Positions 50,571 through 59,763 of a DNA stretch of 64,000 nucleotides are shown here, one piece after another. The DNA lies in assembly GCA_964384555.1 (NCBI GenBank), contig CAYLLA010000001.1, positions 73,710 through 137,709 on the forward strand, in the 5' to 3' direction. This DNA is from an uncultured Ruminococcus sp. GTDB taxonomy: Bacteria > Bacillota > Clostridia > Oscillospirales > CAG-272. The notes below the pieces were generated by a model, which worked only from the letters and a program-made list of their open reading frames with translations, had not been told where the DNA came from and ran no database searches. Position numbers and translations under genes: made by a program. Every line of letters starts with the position of its first letter. The stretch's first letter is position 1.

Positions 50571-50960
50571 TCCACCCGCCGGTGTCGCTCACCTGGGCCT
50601 GTCTGTCGATCGATAGATAAGCTGCGGTGAGCGGCAACCACGGGCTTCTTATGCGGCGTGATCTGCCCTATGGCGGGTCGTCCGCATAGCTTTTTATATT
50701 CAAGATCTGCCGCCGCAATGCATGCCTTGACCGACCGGTGCATTGGCTTTACAGCGGGTAAGCTTCGAGCGTGATTGTGATTCCTCTCACGCCCGCTTTT
50801 CATAGAATGAGAGAAATAAAAAGAATAAAAGAAGAAGACAAATGATATAAAATCCGCGCGTCCGCGCGGGTATCGATCGTCAACGAGATCTTGCGATCGG
50901 TAAAAAAATAAGATCAAAAAAGAACAGCACAAACACACAAGAAAGGCAAGGATCCCTCAA

Positions 50961-52463
50961 ATGGCATACTTCTATCCCGAACCCTCGCACACATTTAGCG
51001 AGTACCTGCTTATTCCCGGATATACGACCCCCGAGTGTATTCCCACAAATGTTAATCTTAAAACTCCGCTTGTTAAGTTTCGTCGCGGCGAGGAGTCTGC
51101 TATAAACCTCAATATACCGCTCGTTTCTGCCGTTATGCAGTCTGTCTCTGATGACAGAATGGCCATAGCCTTGGCGCGTGAGGGCGGCATGTCCTTCATT
51201 TACGGCTCTCAAAGCGTTGAGGATGAGGCCGCTATGGTCGCCCGCGTTAAGAGCTACAAGGCGGGCTTTGTGGTCAGCGATTCCAACCTGACCCCCGATA
51301 ATACCCTGGCCGATGTTTTGGCACTGGTCGAGCGCAACGGTCACGGCACTATCGCCATTACAGATAACGGTCAGCACAACGGCCGCCTGCTTGGTATCGT
51401 TACAGGCCGTGATTACAGAGTTTCCCGCATGTCTGTGGATATGAAGGTATCCGAGTTCATGACACCTCGCGAGCGCCTTGTTACCGCCCCTGCGGATACA
51501 TCCCTCAAGGTCGCCAATGATATTATTTGGGATAACAAGCTCAACGCTCTGCCCATCGTTGACAGCGAGGACAGGCTCTGCTACTTTGTTTTCCGCAAGG
51601 ATTACTCCGAGCATAAAGAAAACCCGCAGGAGCTGCTTGATGCCGATAAGCGCTTTATGGTCGGCGCGGGCATCAATACCCGCGACTATGCCGAGCGCGT
51701 ACCCGCACTTGTTGAGGCGGGAGTTGATGTTTTGTGCATCGATGCCTCCGAGGGATATACCTGCTGGCAAAAGCAGACCCTTGATTTTATCCGTCAAAGA
51801 TACGGCGACAGCGTAAAGGTAGGCGCGGGCAATGTGGTTGACCGCGACGGCTTCCGCTTCCTTGCCGAGGCGGGTGCTGATTTTGTCAAGGTCGGCATCG
51901 GCGGCGGCTCTATCTGCATTACACGTGAGCAAAAGGGTATCGGCCGCGGGCAGGCTACCGCACTTATCGAGGTTGCGGCTGCACGTGACGAATACTTTGA
52001 GGAGACGGGTATATATATTCCCATCTGCTCTGACGGCGGCATCGTGCATGACTATCATATGACGTTGGCTCTCGCCATGGGCGCCGATTTTATGATGCTT
52101 GGTCGCTACTTTGCAAGATTTGACGAAAGCCCCACAAACCGCCTCTTTATAAACGGCCAGTATGTTAAGGAATACTGGGGCGAGGGTTCAAACCGCGCCC
52201 GCAACTGGCAGCGTTATGATCTTGGCGGCAAGGGCGGCCTCAACTTTGAGGAGGGCGTTGATTCCTACGTCGTTTACGCCGGTCCGCTTCATGATAACGT
52301 GGCCAAGAGCCTTTACAAGGTCAAATCCACCATGTGCAACTGCGGAGTTACCAATATTCCGGATCTGCAAAAGAATGCTCGCATCACCCTCGTATCCTCC
52401 ACAAGTATAGTTGAGGGCGGATACCACGACGTTATCCTCAAAACAGCCAACTCCAAGATATGA
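50961..52463 (+). CDS. guaB: IMP dehydrogenase
   Basis: SAVMQSV, CBS pair, [34 protein letters not shown]. Confidence 0.95.
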   Translation: MAYFYPEPSHTFSEYLLIPGYTTPECIPTNVNLKTPLVKFRRGEESAINLNIPLVSAVMQSVSDDRMAIALAREGGMSFIYGSQSVEDEAAMVARVKSYKAGFVVSDSNLTPDNTLADVLALVERNGHGTIAITDNGQHNGRLLGIVTGRDYRVSRMSVDMKVSEFMTPRERLVTAPADTSLKVANDIIWDNKLNALPIVDSEDRLCYFVFRKDYSEHKENPQELLDADKRFMVGAGINTRDYAERVPALVEAGVDVLCIDASEGYTCWQKQTLDFIRQRYGDSVKVGAGNVVDRDGFRFLAEAGADFVKVGIGGGSICITREQKGIGRGQATALIEVAAARDEYFEETGIYIPICSDGGIVHDYHMTLALAMGADFMMLGRYFARFDESPTNRLFINGQYVKEYWGEGSNRARNWQRYDLGGKGGLNFEEGVDSYVVYAGPLHDNVAKSLYKVKSTMCNCGVTNIPDLQKNARITLVSSTSIVEGGYHDVILKTANSKI

Positions 52464-53224
52464 GCACTCACATGGGGCATCGCACAAGACTTAAGGAACG
52501 CTTTCTCAGGGAAGGACTTGATTCCTTTAGCACGCATGAGGTCGTTGAACTTATGCTTTTCTATGCAATACCTCAGCGTGATGTTAATGAGATCGCACAC
52601 AAGCTCGTTGAGCGTTTTGGCTCGCTTGCGGGCATACTCGAGGCGAGTATTGAAGATATACAGGAGGTCGGCGGAGTTGGGCTTCACGCCGCAACCATGT
52701 TCAAGGCCGTCAGCGCCATAACGCGCAGATACGCGCTTGAACGCGGCAGTGCCGAAACACGCTATACCTCTATAGGCCAAATAGGAAGATTTCTTGTTAA
52801 TAACTATATCGGAGTCACGGTAGAACAGGCTCACCTGATGCTTTTTGACAGCAGTATGAAGCTCCTTGATACCGTAAAGGTCGGTGACGGGGTTGTAAAT
52901 TCCGTCACGATCACTCCGCGTATCGTTATTGAACACGCAGTCAAACGCAATGCGGCGGCGGTAGTGCTGTCGCATAATCATCCGGGCGGAATTGCAATGC
53001 CGTCGGATGAGGATGTGGCACTTACCATGCGTATGCGCCAGATACTCAGTGCATGCGGCGTAACGCTTATCGATCATTTTGTTGTGGCCGATCAGCTTTA
53101 CAACGTCATCATTGGCGGCAAGGGGCGGGAGGCGTTACAGCTTGGCGCCGCACAGCTCGATTTTGACCGTTTTTACAGTGATCTTGAAGATCGTGACGGT
53201 GGGGTCGGTGATGCATCAAAATGA
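52460..53224 (+). CDS. radC: RadC family JAB-domain protein
   Basis: [10 protein letters not shown], HhH, SHNHPGG..PS.ED, DH. Confidence 0.92.
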   Translation: MSTHMGHRTRLKERFLREGLDSFSTHEVVELMLFYAIPQRDVNEIAHKLVERFGSLAGILEASIEDIQEVGGVGLHAATMFKAVSAITRRYALERGSAETRYTSIGQIGRFLVNNYIGVTVEQAHLMLFDSSMKLLDTVKVGDGVVNSVTITPRIVIEHAVKRNAAAVVLSHNHPGGIAMPSDEDVALTMRMRQILSACGVTLIDHFVVADQLYNVIIGGKGREALQLGAAQLDFDRFYSDLEDRDGGVGDASK

Positions 53225-53847
53225 TACTTGTACTGTGTGAGGATATAGAACGTCGCGCCGAAATGGCAGGACAGCTGAGGGCGCGCCAAATCTCGGTTTG
53301 GGCACCGCCGCCCTGCGATTTTCAGGCCGAGGCCGAAAGCCCGCGCTACAGCACGGTGGTGTTTGTACTGCCACTGCCGCGGGAGTTGCTTTTCGGCCAT
53401 GCACCGATGCGCTTTAAAATAGCTGTTGGTGGGGCTGATACAGTCCTGCCGGATGATACCGAACGCTTCAGTGAGCTGAACTCGCCGGAGCTTTTGGATC
53501 ATCTTGCGGATATAGAGCGTTCACAACCGCTCGAATATGCAGGCGAGTTTTGTCTTGACGGCAGCAGTGTGTACGCGTTTGGTTATCCGCTGAAATTAAA
53601 TCCGGAGGAGTTTGCCGTCATTGCACGGCTGATAGCTATTGGCCGAGCAACGCCCGATGAGCTGTTTGCCGCCTGCTCTGATAAGATCTATTCAACACGC
53701 AAGGCACCGCGACTTAACAATAACGTATCGGCCGTGATATCTCGTATCAACAAAATGTCCCGCGAGATAACGGGCAGACGTATGATAGCCCGCCGCGGGG
53801 ACAGCTATTATTTGGTAGGCTCGGAGGAGCCGACAGGGAAAAATTAA
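53221..53847 (+). CDS. Degenerate OmpR-like regulator (pseudo-receiver plus winged HTH)
   Basis: MILVLCED N-terminus; LKLNPEEFAVI and NNVSAVISRINK C-terminal wHTH pattern. Confidence 0.55.
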   Translation: MILVLCEDIERRAEMAGQLRARQISVWAPPPCDFQAEAESPRYSTVVFVLPLPRELLFGHAPMRFKIAVGGADTVLPDDTERFSELNSPELLDHLADIERSQPLEYAGEFCLDGSSVYAFGYPLKLNPEEFAVIARLIAIGRATPDELFAACSDKIYSTRKAPRLNNNVSAVISRINKMSREITGRRMIARRGDSYYLVGSEEPTGKN

Positions 53848-53856
53848 AAAAAGGGA

Positions 53857-53885
53857 TTGACAAATCGCTCGTTTTGATATAAAAT
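53857..53885 (+). promoter_or_regulatory. SigA promoter for T-box/serS
   Basis: TTGACA-17-TAAAAT. Confidence 0.8.
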
Positions 53886-53937
53886 ATCTGTGTTCCGAGT
53901 GATTTCAGATCTATCGGATAAATATCCGAAAATAATA

Positions 53938-54140
53938 AAGGCAATGACGGAAAAAAAGCCTGTACGCCGAAAAGAGACGTGGGATCTCGGCTGAAAGTCC
54001 CGCGATGGCACGGCAGGTCATATCCACTCCCGAGCTGCCCGCGATGAGCGTGGCCGCCGCCCGCGTTAAAGGCATAGAGTTAAAAACAAGGTGGTACCGT
54101 GATACACTCACCCTTGGCCTGCGCCAAGGGTGTTTTTTGT
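53938..54140 (+). ncRNA. T-box riboswitch (Ser)
   Basis: AGAGA box, GCTGAAAG distal loop, TCC specifier at ~54023, T-box AAGGTGGTACCGTG at 54088-54101, terminator CACCCTTGGC/GCCAAGGGTG plus T-run. Confidence 0.92.
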
Positions 54141-54212
54141 TTTTACACCAATAACCATAGAAGTAAAAAAATATTATACACAGGGTCGCCATAGGCGACC
54201 GGGGAGGAAAAA

Positions 54213-55502
54213 ATGCTTGATATTAAGTTTGTCAGGGATAATCCCGACATAGTAAAGCAAAACATCAAAAACAAATTTCAGGATGCAAAGCTGCCGCTGG
54301 TAGACGAGGTGATAGCGCTTGATGCCGAAAATCGCCGCACGATACAAGAAGCAAACGAGCTTCGCGCAGAGAAAAATCGCCTTTCAAAGCAGATCGGCGT
54401 GCTGATGGCACACGGTCAGAGAGCCGAGGCTGAGGAGACTAAAAAGCAGGTCGCGGAGAGCGCGGCACGCCTTGCCGAGCTTGAGCGACTTGAGCCGGAG
54501 CTTGAGGCCAAGGTCAAAAAGATAATGATGCTCATTCCCAACATCATCGATCCCAGCGTGCCGATAGGCCCGGATGACAGCCATAACGTTGAGGTGGAGC
54601 GCTTTGGCGAGCCCACCGTACCGGATTTTGAGATCCCCTACCATACAGAGATCATGGAAAAGCTGAACGGCGTTGATATGGATGCCGCAGGTCGTGTTTC
54701 GGGCAACGGTTTTTACTATCTCATGGGCGATATAGCACGCCTGCACTCGGCGGTGTTGGCATATGCCCGCGATTTTATGATAAACAAGGGCTTTACCTAC
54801 TGTATCCCGCCGTTTATGATCCACGGCAATGTTGTTGAGGGCGTTATGAGCCAAAACGATATGGATGCCATGATGTACAAGATCGAGGGCGAGGACCTTT
54901 ATCTCATCGGTACCTCCGAGCATTCGATGATAGGCAAATTTATCGATCAGATCATTCCCGAGGCCGCCCTGCCGCAAACTCTTACCAGCTACAGCCCCTG
55001 CTTCCGTAAGGAAAAAGGCGCGCACGGCATAGAGGAGCGCGGAGTTTACCGCATCCACCAGTTTGAAAAGCAGGAAATGATAGTTGTTTGCCGCCCCGAG
55101 GACAGCATGGAGTGGTACGAAAAGATGTGGCGTTATTCTGTTGAGCTCTTCCGTTCAATGGAGATCCCCGTGCGCCAGCTTGAGTGCTGTTCCGGTGACC
55201 TTGCCGATCTTAAGGTCAAATCCTGCGATATCGAGGCATGGTCGCCTCGCCAGGGCAAGTATTTTGAGGTCTGCTCCTGCTCTAACCTCGGCGATGCACA
55301 GGCACGTCGCCTGCGTATGAGAGTAAAGGGAGCGGATGGCCGCATGTACCTGCCGCACACACTTAACAATACAGTTGTTGCGCCGCCGCGTATGCTTATT
55401 GCATTCCTTGAGAACCACCTGCAGGCGGACGGCAGCGTACCCATCCCCGAAGTTCTGCGCCCCTACATGGGCGGCGTTGAGCTGCTCACACCCAAAAAGT
55501 GA
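54213..55502 (+). CDS. serS: Serine--tRNA ligase
   Basis: MLDIK, LIGTSE, FRKEKG, RIHQFEKQE, SCSN, HTLNNT. Confidence 0.96.
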   Translation: MLDIKFVRDNPDIVKQNIKNKFQDAKLPLVDEVIALDAENRRTIQEANELRAEKNRLSKQIGVLMAHGQRAEAEETKKQVAESAARLAELERLEPELEAKVKKIMMLIPNIIDPSVPIGPDDSHNVEVERFGEPTVPDFEIPYHTEIMEKLNGVDMDAAGRVSGNGFYYLMGDIARLHSAVLAYARDFMINKGFTYCIPPFMIHGNVVEGVMSQNDMDAMMYKIEGEDLYLIGTSEHSMIGKFIDQIIPEAALPQTLTSYSPCFRKEKGAHGIEERGVYRIHQFEKQEMIVVCRPEDSMEWYEKMWRYSVELFRSMEIPVRQLECCSGDLADLKVKSCDIEAWSPRQGKYFEVCSCSNLGDAQARRLRMRVKGADGRMYLPHTLNNTVVAPPRMLIAFLENHLQADGSVPIPEVLRPYMGGVELLTPKK

Positions 55503-55542
55503 TCCGGAGCGGGGAACAGCTCAAAGAGCCTGTAAAATAATC

Positions 55543-55586
55543 GATCGAGGCTTTATCACGGTGCTATCCGTGATAAAGCCTCGATC
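55543..55586. terminator. Long perfect hairpin between convergent serS and slipin genes
   Basis: 19-bp inverted repeat GATCGAGGCTTTATCACGG/CCGTGATAAAGCCTCGATC. Confidence 0.75.
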
Positions 55587-55628
55587 TTGTCATCTGTTCA
55601 ATTATGAGTGTCGAAATCCCGCGCAGGT

Positions 55629-56744
55629 TCAGTCTTCTTTTTGCCCGCGCAGAACGCGGCAAAGCTCTTCCAAAATATCAGAGCCGCCGTTGAGGTTTAT
55701 GTTGCCAACATTGTGGCTTATCCGCTCAACATATTCAAGCTCCTTAAGCCTGTAAAGCGTGCGGTTTTCCTCCATCAGCTTGGCTGTGTTAAGCAGAGAA
55801 CGCGTGGAGGCCACCTCCTCGCGCCGCGTGATAACGCTCGCCTGCGCTTGCTTTTCGGCGGCAAGGACAGAGTTCATAATGTCTCTAATCTCGCCCGGCA
55901 GTATGATATCCTTAACGCTCGCCTCGGATACATCAAGGTACAGTCCCTCGCCAGCCTTTTTAAGCTGCTCGGAAAGGTGTGAACTCATGCTCTTTTTGTT
56001 TTCAAGTATCTCGTCCAGCGTGTGCTCTCCAACATACTCGCGCAGGGCAAGCTGTGCGGCGGTGTAGAGCTGCACATGATATGATCCTATCTCTGATTCT
56101 ATCTTTATCGGGTCGCTGATCCTGTAGCTGCAAACAAAATTAAACCTTACAGTCACCTTGTCTCGCGTCAACATCTCTTGGCTCGGCAGATCGACCTGTT
56201 GCAGCCGCATATCTACCGTATCGCATCTGACGGCGATACCCGAGGCCTTCCAAAAACGATACCGACCGGGGGAGAGGAGCTTTTGCAGTTTGTTGTTGTA
56301 GTAAAGGCGCGCGGTCTCGTGATCCGCAACATTCACCTCACAGCAAAAGAACTCAGCAGGTACGGCATCCAAAATGTGCGCCGGTATCTCGTCTGATACC
56401 GCGGGATTTGAGATGTCAATCGATTTAAATTCATGCTTGCCGGCATCCGCAAAAAATGCGTACTCACCCGCAGCCAAAAGCTCGGTAAAGTTGCCGTTTA
56501 CAAAGTGCATGCTAAGGGTAGCATCCGCAACATTTAAAAATACAAGGCTGTCCGCGCCGCGTGCCTGTGTTAGCGTGTTTTGCGGAATATCGCATATATG
56601 TCCGCAAAGAGGGTAAAGCGTGTAGCTCCGCCCGCCAAGCGTGCTGTAACGGCCGGGCGGGAGGATGGCACGGATCCTGCCGTTTTTAAACTGTACTGCG
56701 CGCTCTGATTCGCCCACAGTCAAATGCATGGAATGTCGTTTCAT
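55629..56744 (-). CDS. Slipin family (SPFH/band-7) protein
   Basis: Three N-terminal LxxGxY repeats; SQEMLTRDKVTVR, QLALREYVG..TLDEIL, VKDIILPGEIRDIMNSVLAAEK, RREE.ASTRSLLNTAKLMEEN; SD GAGGT. Confidence 0.9.
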   Translation of the reverse strand: MKRHSMHLTVGESERAVQFKNGRIRAILPPGRYSTLGGRSYTLYPLCGHICDIPQNTLTQARGADSLVFLNVADATLSMHFVNGNFTELLAAGEYAFFADAGKHEFKSIDISNPAVSDEIPAHILDAVPAEFFCCEVNVADHETARLYYNNKLQKLLSPGRYRFWKASGIAVRCDTVDMRLQQVDLPSQEMLTRDKVTVRFNFVCSYRISDPIKIESEIGSYHVQLYTAAQLALREYVGEHTLDEILENKKSMSSHLSEQLKKAGEGLYLDVSEASVKDIILPGEIRDIMNSVLAAEKQAQASVITRREEVASTRSLLNTAKLMEENRTLYRLKELEYVERISHNVGNINLNGGSDILEELCRVLRGQKED

Positions 56745-56771
56745 TTACGAGACCTCGTTTTCTTGGATGGT

Positions 56772-57146
56772 GAGGGAGGATGGTGCCTCCGCGTTCGCAC
56801 TGCGGCGCGTTGGTTGAGTAAGACCAAGCTTTGAGCGGTATCCGCGCGTGTGCTTGGATATGGCTCGCGCAGGTGAGGTACGGTATCCCCACGCGGCAGG
56901 GCGGTGCGACCGTCGCCGATTCACGGCAGGAGGCACGTCCCCCCTCGGAGTTTAATGTTTTCCAACAAGATAAGAGCGGAATCGAACCGCAAAGTTGCCG
57001 CCGCCGTTTGCGGGGCGTCGGTAACTTCTTGCCTTTTGCACGATTGGCATCAGTACATGGTGGGCTACGGAACATGCCGCGGATAGGATCCCGCACGCCG
57101 CCGCGCCTTGCGTTTGTAGCGCAAAAAACGCCGCGCCCGCATGTAC
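56772..57146 (-). ncRNA. Structured multi-domain RNA with tRNA-like arms upstream of slipin
   Basis: Three closed domains (57146-57053, 57052-56953, 56946-56772); T-arm GCGG-TTCGATT-CCGC at 56990-56976; anticodon-like arm TTGCG-CTACAAA-CGCAA at 57124-57108; -10 TATACT at 57158-57153. Confidence 0.65.
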
Positions 57147-57193
57147 GACTTAAGTATAGCGTATATATATGAACTCAATATTAACGTGCACAA

Positions 57194-57247
57194 AAAATGA
57201 GGCTCGCAGGTCATGCCGCGCGGCATTCGGTCTGTGAGCCTCATTTT
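57194..57247 (-). terminator. Rho-independent terminator of the upstream operon
   Basis: AAAATGAGGCTCACAG...CTGCGAGCCTCATTTTTT on the minus strand. Confidence 0.75.
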
Positions 57248-57298
57248 ATTGTTTAATATTCAAATTAAATGCAGTTACTTATCTGATCTTGTTCTGCC

Positions 57299-57700
57299 TT
57301 ATTGCTCGCCGCCCTTGTCGTGCTGACACGGATGGTCAAAAAAGCCCTCAAGATCCACCGCAAGGCGGCCGCTTGCATCTTTACGGAAGCCGATGGCACC
57401 AACTAAAAGGCGATCGCGGATCGGGGCATCATAAAACGCACACCCCGCGCCGCAAAGATCCATAAAATTCAGCGCGGCACGTCCCATAACGAACATCGGT
57501 TGAAAATCCTCGTGTCCCGGGAGCGCATCAAGGGTCAGCATGTGTCCGCCATCGGGTGTGAGCTTAAATTGGCAAACACCTATAAATTCGCCGTCCGCAT
57601 CGGCGCGGTATGCCAGCGCATCCGCAATAAACTCCGCTCCAACACGCGCACAAAGCGCCTCCTGTTCTGTCTTGGTCTGTATGGGCAATACTTCAAGCAT
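57299..57700 (-). CDS. Hypothetical protein, GNAT-like fold possible
   Basis: SD GGGGGA; FIGVCQF, MGRAALNF, IGF pattern. Confidence 0.7.
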   Translation of the reverse strand: MLEVLPIQTKTEQEALCARVGAEFIADALAYRADADGEFIGVCQFKLTPDGGHMLTLDALPGHEDFQPMFVMGRAALNFMDLCGAGCAFYDAPIRDRLLVGAIGFRKDASGRLAVDLEGFFDHPCQHDKGGEQ

Positions 57701-57721
57701 TTCTCGTCCCCCTGCCTTGTT

Positions 57722-58450
57722 TTATTTTACCGCACGCATGAGGTCTCTCACCTCCTGCGTTTCAAGGTAGCGCCACTGGCCGCACTTAAGACCGTGCAGT
57801 GTCAGCGTGCCGATAGCAGTGCGCTTAAGGCGCACAACATCTATGTGGGCTATGTCGCACATCTTTCTTATCTGGCGGTTGCGCCCCTCAAACAGTGTCA
57901 TCTCAAGCGTTGCGCCATCGGGATACAATTCAAGCACCGATACACGCACAGGGCGTATCTTTTTGCCGTCTATCATGAGCGGGGAAGAGAGGATCTCAAG
58001 CGTTTTGTCGGTTATCTCGCCGCGCACGCGCACGTGATAGACCTTGCCTACATGGTTGCGCGGGTGCATCATCATATTGGCAAACTCGCCGTCATCGGTC
58101 AACAGCAAAAGCCCCTCTGATGCCATATCAAGTCTGCCGACAGGATACACACGTCCGCCCGCTTCGCTTACAAGATCTGTCACCGGTCGGCGCCCCTTTT
58201 CGTCGGAGAGCGTGCAAACATAGCCGCGCGGTTTGTAGAGCGCTATGTACTTGCGCTCGCTCCGTGAGACCGGACCGCGCAGGCGTTGACCCTTCCACGC
58301 CACAACATCCGTCGCGGGGTCTACCTTGTCTCCGAGACGAGATGGGTGACCGTTAACGGTAACATGCCCCGCTTCGATCTCCGCTTCCGCGGCACGGCGG
58401 GAAAGCACGCCGCAATCTGAAAAATATTTTTGAAGTCTTATCTTTTCCAT
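57722..58450 (-). CDS. rluB: RluB/RsuA-family pseudouridine synthase
   Basis: RLQKY..SRR S4 domain, KPRGY, PVGRLD..SEGLLLLTDDG, EGRNRQIRKM. Confidence 0.9.
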   Translation of the reverse strand: MEKIRLQKYFSDCGVLSRRAAEAEIEAGHVTVNGHPSRLGDKVDPATDVVAWKGQRLRGPVSRSERKYIALYKPRGYVCTLSDEKGRRPVTDLVSEAGGRVYPVGRLDMASEGLLLLTDDGEFANMMMHPRNHVGKVYHVRVRGEITDKTLEILSSPLMIDGKKIRPVRVSVLELYPDGATLEMTLFEGRNRQIRKMCDIAHIDVVRLKRTAIGTLTLHGLKCGQWRYLETQEVRDLMRAVK

Positions 58451-58480
58451 GAGGTTAGTGTCTCTTTTATCCTTGTAATT

Positions 58481-59671
58481 TTAAAACCCTAAGATCGATC
58501 TTATCCGTTCAATGAGGCTTGGGGTGCGCTGTTTTTTTGCCATAGCTGAATATTCAGCCGTTACATCCGCTGTGGCTATCACACGTCCGCCGCATACCCA
58601 GCTGACAGTGCCGAGTGGTTCTCCGCGCCGCACCGGAGCTTGAATGCTTGCTGGCAGGGCGGTGGAGATGGTGATCTCTTTGCGTTGCCGCGGCAGTGTT
58701 ACGCGAACCGCCTGCGTGTTTGAGCCTATCACGCCACGTTGCTCTCCGCCGTCGAGCGACAAAAGAAAGCGGCATTCGCGGGCGCGGCAAAGCTCTACGC
58801 TTTCGTACTTTGAGAAGCCGTAGTCAAGCATTCGCTCATGATCACGCCAGTCGTCAGGGTCGGAGAGGGTCACGGCTATCAGCCGCAGTCCGTCACGCTC
58901 GGCAGCGGTAACAAGACAACGCCCGCTTTTTTTGGTAAAGCCCGTCTTGCCGCCTATCGTGCCCTCGTAGCTGCGCAAAAGGCGATCGTGATTTATCAGC
59001 AAACGCGCACCGTCATTATCTCCCATGGGTATGGTCTTGCGATAGGTGCCCGCTATCCTTCGGAGTTCGGTGTTATCAAACGCCGCGGCGGCTATTGCCG
59101 CAAGCTCTCGCGCGGTTGTGTAGTGAGTATCTGAATCCAGCCCGTGCGGGTTATCAAAATGCGTGTCTTTAAGTCCCAGCGCGGCGGCACGCTCGTTCAT
59201 AAGTTCGGCAAAGGAATCGATGGATCCGGTCACCGCTATCGCTATAGCCGTTGCGGCATCGTTGGCGGATTCCAGCATCAAGGCGTAAAGCAACGCCTCA
59301 AGTGTCAGCTCCTCGCCCTCGGTGAGATATATCGATGAGCCCTCAATGCCAACGGCCGCGGCGGGGATTCTTATCACAGTTTGCAACGGCAGGGATTCTA
59401 TCGCCACCAGTGCCGTCATCAGCTTTGTGGTGCTGGCCATCGGGAGACGCATATCCGCGTTTTTGGCCATGAGCACACGCCCCGCGCCGTCAGTAAGCAC
59501 GGCGGCACGTGCCGATAGTGCCATGTCAGGCGCGGAAATATCACCCGAGGGGAGATTGCCGCCCTCGGGCAGATATGCTGCCGCGGCTGTATTTGCTGCC
59601 GGCAGACTCGCGGCAAGGCACAGCACGAGTATAGATACAGATATAAATAGGAATAGTTTCTTGATCTTCAT
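58481..59671 (-). CDS. dacB: D-alanyl-D-alanine carboxypeptidase, DacB-like
   Basis: MASTTK, SANDAA, NPHGLD, GKTGFTKKSGRCL; ytfJ-dacB-rluB synteny. Confidence 0.8.
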   Translation of the reverse strand: MKIKKLFLFISVSILVLCLAASLPAANTAAAAYLPEGGNLPSGDISAPDMALSARAAVLTDGAGRVLMAKNADMRLPMASTTKLMTALVAIESLPLQTVIRIPAAAVGIEGSSIYLTEGEELTLEALLYALMLESANDAATAIAIAVTGSIDSFAELMNERAAALGLKDTHFDNPHGLDSDTHYTTARELAAIAAAAFDNTELRRIAGTYRKTIPMGDNDGARLLINHDRLLRSYEGTIGGKTGFTKKSGRCLVTAAERDGLRLIAVTLSDPDDWRDHERMLDYGFSKYESVELCRARECRFLLSLDGGEQRGVIGSNTQAVRVTLPRQRKEITISTALPASIQAPVRRGEPLGTVSWVCGGRVIATADVTAEYSAMAKKQRTPSLIERIRSILGF

Positions 59672-59763
59672 TTCAGCTCCGCCTGCGGTCAACAATATAT
59701 CGGTGCACCATATGTCACAGAATATTATATTCCGCAGGCGAGTCGCTTATGCCGTGGATGATC

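Noticed and set aside
50575-50960. Purine riboswitch upstream of guaB
   Set aside because: Conserved aptamer nucleotides (TATGG...TTTCTACC...CCGTAAA) are absent
56953-57052. Canonical tRNA gene suggested by GGTTCGATTCC
   Set aside because: No 7-bp acceptor stem, D arm or CCA in the proper positions; kept as a tRNA-like element instead
56686-57172. ORFs 56686-57096(-), 56831-57172(+), 56745-56936(-), 56904-57086(+)
   Set aside because: No SD or recognisable motifs, and Arg/Pro/Cys-rich composition; RNA structure explains the region better
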